From Candidatus Heimdallarchaeota archaeon (GTDB lineage Archaea; Asgardarchaeota; Heimdallarchaeia; Heimdallarchaeales; Kariarchaeaceae), in contig WAKA01000135.1 of assembly GCA_015523565.1 (NCBI GenBank), positions 1-12,909 of the forward strand: a stretch of 12,909 nucleotides of DNA. Direction: 5' to 3'. Under the pieces are notes generated by a model. It was not told where the DNA came from. It worked only from the letters and a program-made list of their open reading frames with translations, and searched no databases. Position 1 is the first letter of the stretch. Every line of letters begins with the position of its first letter. A program made the translations under genes and the position numbers. Below, piece by piece: positions 8,601 to 12,909 of the stretch.

Positions 8601-9740
8601 TATTTCTTGATGAGCAATGATACAGTTGTTACATTTGTTACCCTTAATCCTGAAATTTGGATACTTCTCGTTGGAATTATTGTGTATTATGGACGGGGCA
8701 GGCGTTATACTATTTTAGATAAAAGAAGGTTCAGGAAACTTTTCAGTAAAAAAGAGGACCCCTTAAACATAATTGTCAGGAACCAGAATTACATTGCAAA
8801 ATACAACCCCCCTGAAATTTTCCCCCTAATGAATAAATTCGATATGAAACTTCAATTTGAAAAATGGAATGTACCTACTCCAACGATTTATGCGGTAATT
8901 TCTGAAATAAAGGACATTCGCCCTACTCTAAATTCTCTTGTCTCAAACCCAAGGTATTCAAACGGTTTTGTAGTTAAACCAACTCAAAGTTTAGGTGGAA
9001 TGGGCATCATTGTGATCACAAAGGTATTGCCTGATAGATCATTGCAAATAGGAAATGATCTTTATGACTATACTGCAATAGAAAAAGAAATGACGAAAAT
9101 CATCCAAGGCGAATATCTTTCCACCCAAACATCTTCAGAAAATGATATTATTCTAATAGAGGAAAGGATTGTACTTAATGAATTCTTCAAAAGAATCTCT
9201 GTCGGTCTTCCTGATATACGTGTAATTGTATTTAATGGCATTCCTGTTATGGCAATGACCAGACTTCCAACATCAGAAAGTGATGGCAAAGCAAATCTAA
9301 AACAAGGTGCTATCGGTGCAGGTATCGATATGGAAACTGGTGAGATTTTTCATGCAGAATGGAAACAACATGAAGTAAAAATTCACCCAGATACAAAACA
9401 GCCAATTCTGGGCATCAAAATTCCACAATGGAAAGAAGTCTTGGCAATTGCATCCTTGGCACAAAGAAGTAGTGGTCTAGGATATGCAGGTGTTGATTTG
9501 GTTATGGGAACTGTTGGCAACCAATCAAAAATTTTCGTTTTGGAAATCAATAAAAGACCAGGACTTGAAATTCAGAATATCAATCAATCAAGTCTCTTGA
9601 ATAGACTCGACTTTATTGAAAAGCAAAAAATGAATTTTACAAATAGATCTCCTCTTGCCTCTGCAAATATGGCAATCAAATTGGGGAAGGTTTGGAAAAA
9701 ACAAAACTGGGAAAAATCCTTCAAGGAGGAAATGACATGA
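5628..9740 (+). CDS. Multidomain fusion: signal peptide + 12 prenyltransferase-type repeats + Ig-like domain + multi-pass 7TM_transglut-type membrane domain + alpha-L-glutamate-ligase-like (RimK-related, ATPgrasp_ST/TIGR02291-type) ATP-grasp domain
   Basis: Repeats at ~5790-7530 (LKRPNGGF, EKEGGFG, DTGGFG, LKNADGGYG). Membrane-domain motifs are GVHTYGLFAP (8229), PIIILPWITDR and NPEIW...GRGRRYTILDKRRF (8646-8732). ATP-grasp motifs are RNQNYIAKYNP, FVVKPTQSLGGMGI (8967), GLPDIRVIVFNGIPVMAMTRLPTSESDGKANLKQGA, HPDT, GLGYAGVD and LEINKRPGLEIQ (9540). Confidence 0.9.
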   Translation: MRSLFLLMFLLFVSFMADPITSKSVAMNYSKTSNDQDPTPLDFIKLSQDDDFDNLKSMDIAYYKINTLEYLQQLFSVATNETLNNFEEKALDFIMSSFSNGSWANWKGSRPSMESTFQALISLNHTSNMNLITQSQAIEIINFLNSLKRPNGGFFPLQNWDVPDVSSTYRALVLERILKRHFPNLPIELNKTGVVDFVRSTYNEPVFITGASAYGEIQGGKPEILASLFSLYVHIFMNQTDPHVSNVIALINSFTSPNGGVAGYSGSLVQTGYTARAIEYYLLVKSYYPDLLPLFNENFLENAANYITSNQLSNSGFGSSETDRSVSISSTFFAMRIAFLTRNEINLNIDPVGVLTYLLTPNQPTFGIGDFPGNVPSVVETARGILTGKLLGNLDWLHPKTIDYITDTFSEKEGGFGFRPQSNPRIKYTYYGILALRALGKTISNPKDIVNFILQSEVDTGGFGQIPGAHFSYLTHTYWALKSLNLLGHFYPIKFNKTKLIEWLKGLENPKTGMYRNSQTGEDSIISTFRAVEILKLFDVAINSSKILNSVQSYAVPTGGFVNKLSKTVPTMEATYFAFQLIHSLNGSISSLSVFKKFVESLKNADGGYGSRLGFSSRVTATFYAISLLNRLNSSDNAFNFGEGLDKDLFAPLIIQSFVPSINNYQQFSGSYITEASIQDPETHVDQAWVEATWTDGQINKTFTFIGYQTNNSLWRFTIGSFKDEGIIQFQIVANDTNGNIGKTDFFYLKVKSIATGSQYVQINLIQFLIRTFIPFLMLAVAFADLIYSIKKQYSKEVIKKMYKPSKQSEWTDLEIFNGFLLIITMIVIAEIARLVLKDTQFILQNSLFLFRFLLAILLVLFAKYSLGVHTYGLFAPSVLVISMIQIGPFWGTILFFNIFTLLYLVRILIEPYAFPVGFRIGIMMVFNISFLGLLEMIGEVYRIPFLSTAIFVPIIILPWITDRYVSNVIQNDHLFAFSRLLFTLAITWGSYFLMSNDTVVTFVTLNPEIWILLVGIIVYYGRGRRYTILDKRRFRKLFSKKEDPLNIIVRNQNYIAKYNPPEIFPLMNKFDMKLQFEKWNVPTPTIYAVISEIKDIRPTLNSLVSNPRYSNGFVVKPTQSLGGMGIIVITKVLPDRSLQIGNDLYDYTAIEKEMTKIIQGEYLSTQTSSENDIILIEERIVLNEFFKRISVGLPDIRVIVFNGIPVMAMTRLPTSESDGKANLKQGAIGAGIDMETGEIFHAEWKQHEVKIHPDTKQPILGIKIPQWKEVLAIASLAQRSSGLGYAGVDLVMGTVGNQSKIFVLEINKRPGLEIQNINQSSLLNRLDFIEKQKMNFTNRSPLASANMAIKLGKVWKKQNWEKSFKEEMT
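9724..9729 (+). promoter_or_regulatory. Shine-Dalgarno sequence for the transglutaminase gene
   Basis: AGGAGG lies 7 nt upstream of ATG 9737, which overlaps the upstream stop (ATGA, 9737-9740). Confidence 0.75.
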
Positions 9741-10888
9741 CGAACGAGGTCAACAATGCCACTGTTAAACTATTGGCTATTCTTCTGGTGGTGTCAATAA
9801 TTTTCGGCACATTTGTTTTCTTGTATACCGAAGAAAATAATGAAATACTTAAGGGAGAAGCTAATTTTCAACTTCATTACATCTATACCCTGAAAAATGA
9901 AGGTCCCCTAAATCTGAGCTTTGTATCTTTGAGACTTGCTCTCCTTAAATCTTGGGAACCTGTACAAAGAGTGGACAGTATCAGTTATGCACCAATGGCT
10001 AACCGAACAGCATCAGACCAATACAACAATTCATTTATTTATTATGAATTTGACTTTTTTGGGGTCAATCAGACTCTTCAGGTTGAAGTTTATGCAAATC
10101 TTACTCTTTACCTGCTTGATTATGCAAATGCAAAATTGACGATATATCCTTATGACCCTAATGATAGGCTTTATGCCCTATTTCTTGCATATGATCAATA
10201 TGCAGATACAACAGATCCTGCCGTTAGATCTATTGCTAATTCATTTCCTGTCACAAATAATCCAATTGAAGATGCATATTATGCATATAATTTTTCTTCG
10301 ACTTTTATAAAATATAAACTTCTAAGTAAAGTGAAAGGGGCAAGTTTCGCAATTAGAAATGGCTATGGGGATTGTGACGAATATACGACCCTGTTCATGG
10401 CTTTAACTAGGGCTCGTGGGATACCTTCAATTGAACATTCGGCATGGCTTGGTGATTTCGTTGAAGGATACAATGGAACAGACAATGGTGCTGCGGCACA
10501 TGCCTATCCTATGTTTTATGTGAATGGAATTGGTATGCTTCCGGCAGATCCAACAAGAGGAAATACCAATTTCTTTGAGAACTGGCTGAAAACAGATGAA
10601 AAAAGAATTACCTTGACAAGAGGTCCAGATAAACCATATCGCCACCTGACTTATAGATGGATACCAAAGGAAAATATTTCTGACCCCCAAATATTCTCTG
10701 AATATCGAATTTTTATTGATAAGCTAAATATCAATTATTTTTCAAGAATCAGAACTACAATTTTTGTTATACTAACCGCTATGCCTGTAGTTTTTGTTGG
10801 ATATTCTGCTATTGCAGGTAGAAGGGCATACAAATTGAAACAAGAAAAAGTCAAAAAAATCCTCATGGATCATCTTACTGATAACTAA
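9737..10888 (+). CDS. Membrane-anchored transglutaminase-like (Transglut_core) enzyme with intact catalytic triad, 383 aa
   Basis: GDCDEYTTLFMALTRARGIP (Cys 10373), HAYP (His 10499) and ADPT (Asp 10547). There are TM helices at both ends and many N-x-S/T sequons. I revised the start from 9692 to ATG 9737 on the basis of the SD and the ATGA overlap. Confidence 0.9.
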   Translation: MTNEVNNATVKLLAILLVVSIIFGTFVFLYTEENNEILKGEANFQLHYIYTLKNEGPLNLSFVSLRLALLKSWEPVQRVDSISYAPMANRTASDQYNNSFIYYEFDFFGVNQTLQVEVYANLTLYLLDYANAKLTIYPYDPNDRLYALFLAYDQYADTTDPAVRSIANSFPVTNNPIEDAYYAYNFSSTFIKYKLLSKVKGASFAIRNGYGDCDEYTTLFMALTRARGIPSIEHSAWLGDFVEGYNGTDNGAAAHAYPMFYVNGIGMLPADPTRGNTNFFENWLKTDEKRITLTRGPDKPYRHLTYRWIPKENISDPQIFSEYRIFIDKLNINYFSRIRTTIFVILTAMPVVFVGYSAIAGRRAYKLKQEKVKKILMDHLTDN

Positions 10889-10945
10889 ATTCCATCTATT
10901 CTCAAAAAAACAACGTTAAAAAAATAGATGAAATAATATGTCTAT

Positions 10946-11863
10946 ATGATTTCTCTTGAAGACCGTGTCAGAGGATATATATTCGGTTCTGCAATTGGTG
11001 ATGCATTCGGTAGGGCTGTTGAATTTGATTCCTATAAGCAAATTCTCTCTAAATATGGCGAAAATGGTATTGTTGACCTTATCACAGACGATTGGACTGA
11101 TGACACACAAATGATGCTTGCAATCGGAAACGCATTATTGAAAACCCACGATAAAAATGAAACGGCTATACTAGACTCCATTGCAGAAAATTTCATCAAA
11201 TGGATGGATGACCCTGGCTATGCACCTGGTTCGACATGCATGAGTGGATGTGCAAACCTAAAATCAGGAATTCATTGGAGTAAATCTGGTATTCCTTGGT
11301 CAAAAGGATGTGGAAGCGTTATGAGGTCTGGTGTAATCGGTTTTTTCTTTAGGAATGATATGGACAAACTCAAATCAATAGCATCAAAATCAGGATTGAT
11401 GACTCATGCCCATCCAACAGCAGATGCGGCATGTATTGCAGGTGCATTGTCCATCAATTATGCACTTAAGGGATTGAAGACCCCTCAAATTTATGAAAAA
11501 GTCAGATCCGAAACATTAGGGATTTCTCAGGAATTTACAGACAAAATTGATCAGATGGCACGTATTGCCCAATCTCAAACACCAAATCGTGAAGGGATTA
11601 TTTCTCTTGGACAAGGGTGGGTTGCAGACGAAGCCTATGCAATGGCTCTTTACTCGCTTTGGCGAACAAACAATTACCAAGATTTGGTGGTTCTTGCGTC
11701 AAATCATGATGGTGATTCCGATAGTGTTGCTTGTATTGCAGGTGGGATTTTTGGAGCAATGAATGGCATTTCATCAATCCCACAAGAATGGATCGACAGG
11801 CTGGTGAAAAAAAACATTCTTGCAAATTTTGCAGATATGGTTATTGAGGCTATCAAACAATGA
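10946..11863 (+). CDS. ADP-ribosylglycohydrolase family protein (DraG/ARH-like)
   Basis: GSAIGDAFGRAVEF, WTDDTQM, GCGSVMR, THAHP and DGDSDSVACIAG are the canonical motifs, with the metal-binding acidic residues intact. 305 aa. Confidence 0.93.
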   Translation: MISLEDRVRGYIFGSAIGDAFGRAVEFDSYKQILSKYGENGIVDLITDDWTDDTQMMLAIGNALLKTHDKNETAILDSIAENFIKWMDDPGYAPGSTCMSGCANLKSGIHWSKSGIPWSKGCGSVMRSGVIGFFFRNDMDKLKSIASKSGLMTHAHPTADAACIAGALSINYALKGLKTPQIYEKVRSETLGISQEFTDKIDQMARIAQSQTPNREGIISLGQGWVADEAYAMALYSLWRTNNYQDLVVLASNHDGDSDSVACIAGGIFGAMNGISSIPQEWIDRLVKKNILANFADMVIEAIKQ

Positions 11864-11911
11864 AATTTTCTTTGGTATTGAAAACAGGATATGTACGGAA
11901 AACAGATCTTC

Positions 11912-12907
11912 TCAGAACTCTTTTCCTTTTGCATTGTGACTCTTTTTTGAAAAAACAACCAGTGTCATCAAATTCAACAAATTAAACAAAATCAAAACCT
12001 TATTCCAAAATAGCTTGGCTTGGTTTGAATAATTATAATAATTCCCATTTCCAAATATCGATACAATTTTCTTAGCACTGCCATTCAAAAAGAACAGTCC
12101 AGTTGTTTCAAATTTCTCAGCCTCCAAAAATCCTTGTGGATAATCAAAAAGATTGAGCCATGCAAGAAACTTGAAATCTTTTTCAATGGTTTTGACCTGA
12201 CCCAATATTGTTTTCAAGTATTGCACTTGATAATCCATGTCCTCATTAAACATTGCTGAAACGCCTGTCTCAACAATGGCCCACGAATCTGCATTTGTCA
12301 GGGAAAGATACAAATCAAGTTTCTTTTCTATCATTTGCGCATTTGGATGTCCTAATATTCCATCGTATGTGGACAGCCCAAATATGTCATAGAACCCATC
12401 TAATTTTTTGGTGAAATTCAAGGAAAAATCATCTTCAATTTCTTTTCCCTCAAAAATCAGAGTCAATCCAAAAATTCCTACAATCTTTATGCCATCAAAT
12501 GCCTTATCATTTCGAACCATTTCATAAACCTGTTTTACAAAGTTTATGTATTCACTTTGGCTACTGTCAATATTGTCTCTATAATAGAAATTGGCTTCAT
12601 TGCTGAATGAAAGATACTTGATGTCATACCTTGAGACAAGTAATTTCAAGAATGAAAAATATCTATTCACCACTATTGAGTCATCCAATGCTTTTCCCTC
12701 TAAATCCTTTGGCACCTTAAAATCAAGAGTGTTGATAGGTCCCACGCTTATTGAGACATCCATTTTTCGGAAACTCAATGACGCAATCCAATGGTCTAAA
12801 ACAGTCCATATGTATTTTTTATGATCCACTTCAATATCTCCCCAAAGATATTGCCGATGCTCCAATGTCACACCCGAACTTTCTGCGAGATCATATCCCT
12901 TGTCTGA
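11912..12907 (-). CDS. Clan GH-A-like glycoside hydrolase TIM barrel with C-terminal membrane anchor (partial, 5' end beyond the right edge)
   Basis: The frame stays open to the window edge (SDKGYDLAESSGVTLEHRQYLWGDIE...KYIWTVLD). SFSNEAN is a likely acid/base motif and IVETG a likely nucleophile motif. AWLNLFD...TGLFFLNGSAK follows, then a hydrophobic C-terminal helix + basic tail. Confidence 0.7.
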   Translation of the reverse strand, partial: SDKGYDLAESSGVTLEHRQYLWGDIEVDHKKYIWTVLDHWIASLSFRKMDVSISVGPINTLDFKVPKDLEGKALDDSIVVNRYFSFLKLLVSRYDIKYLSFSNEANFYYRDNIDSSQSEYINFVKQVYEMVRNDKAFDGIKIVGIFGLTLIFEGKEIEDDFSLNFTKKLDGFYDIFGLSTYDGILGHPNAQMIEKKLDLYLSLTNADSWAIVETGVSAMFNEDMDYQVQYLKTILGQVKTIEKDFKFLAWLNLFDYPQGFLEAEKFETTGLFFLNGSAKKIVSIFGNGNYYNYSNQAKLFWNKVLILFNLLNLMTLVVFSKKSHNAKGKEF

Positions 12908-12909
12908 AT

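Noticed and set aside
9692-9736. ORF-track start (TTG 9692) for the transglutaminase
   Set aside because: ATG 9737 has an SD and an ATGA overlap, and is followed closely by the signal-anchor helix.
8755-9740. Calling the ATP-grasp rimK or a graspetide (RiPP) synthetase
   Set aside because: The motifs match the alpha-L-glutamate-ligase-like, 7TM-associated family. No short precursor peptide with a recognisable leader/core is visible.
12869-12871. GTG 12871 as the start of the glycoside hydrolase-like gene
   Set aside because: The frame remains open to the window edge and the N-terminal barrel strand and signal peptide are missing, so the gene is truncated by the window.

Overview
AT-rich (roughly one-third GC by eye) prokaryotic window. 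It is probably archaeal: it has TATA-like boxes just upstream of start codons, N-x-S/T-rich Ser/Thr linkers and TM+basic C-terminal anchors. An Asgard/Heimdallarchaeia origin is only my guess. Seven + strand genes are followed by one convergent - strand gene. The core looks like an undescribed cell-surface protein/peptide modification system. (i) A secreted, C-anchored 662-aa protein carries a 109-aa Ile/Val-rich, Gly/Ala-free tract and a (PV)n stalk. (ii) A small membrane protein follows. (iii) A surface-anchored 837-aa protein has 12 prenyltransferase/squalene-cyclase-type repeats. (iv) A 1370-aa fusion joins a paralogous extracellular 12-repeat module, a 7TM_transglut-type membrane domain and a cytoplasmic alpha-L-glutamate-ligase-like ATP-grasp domain. 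(v) A translationally coupled, membrane-anchored transglutaminase has an intact Cys-His-Asp triad. An ADP-ribosylglycohydrolase and a partial clan GH-A-like glycoside hydrolase lie downstream. I saw no RNA genes, CRISPR arrays or mobile elements. All family calls come from motif recognition, not from database searches.
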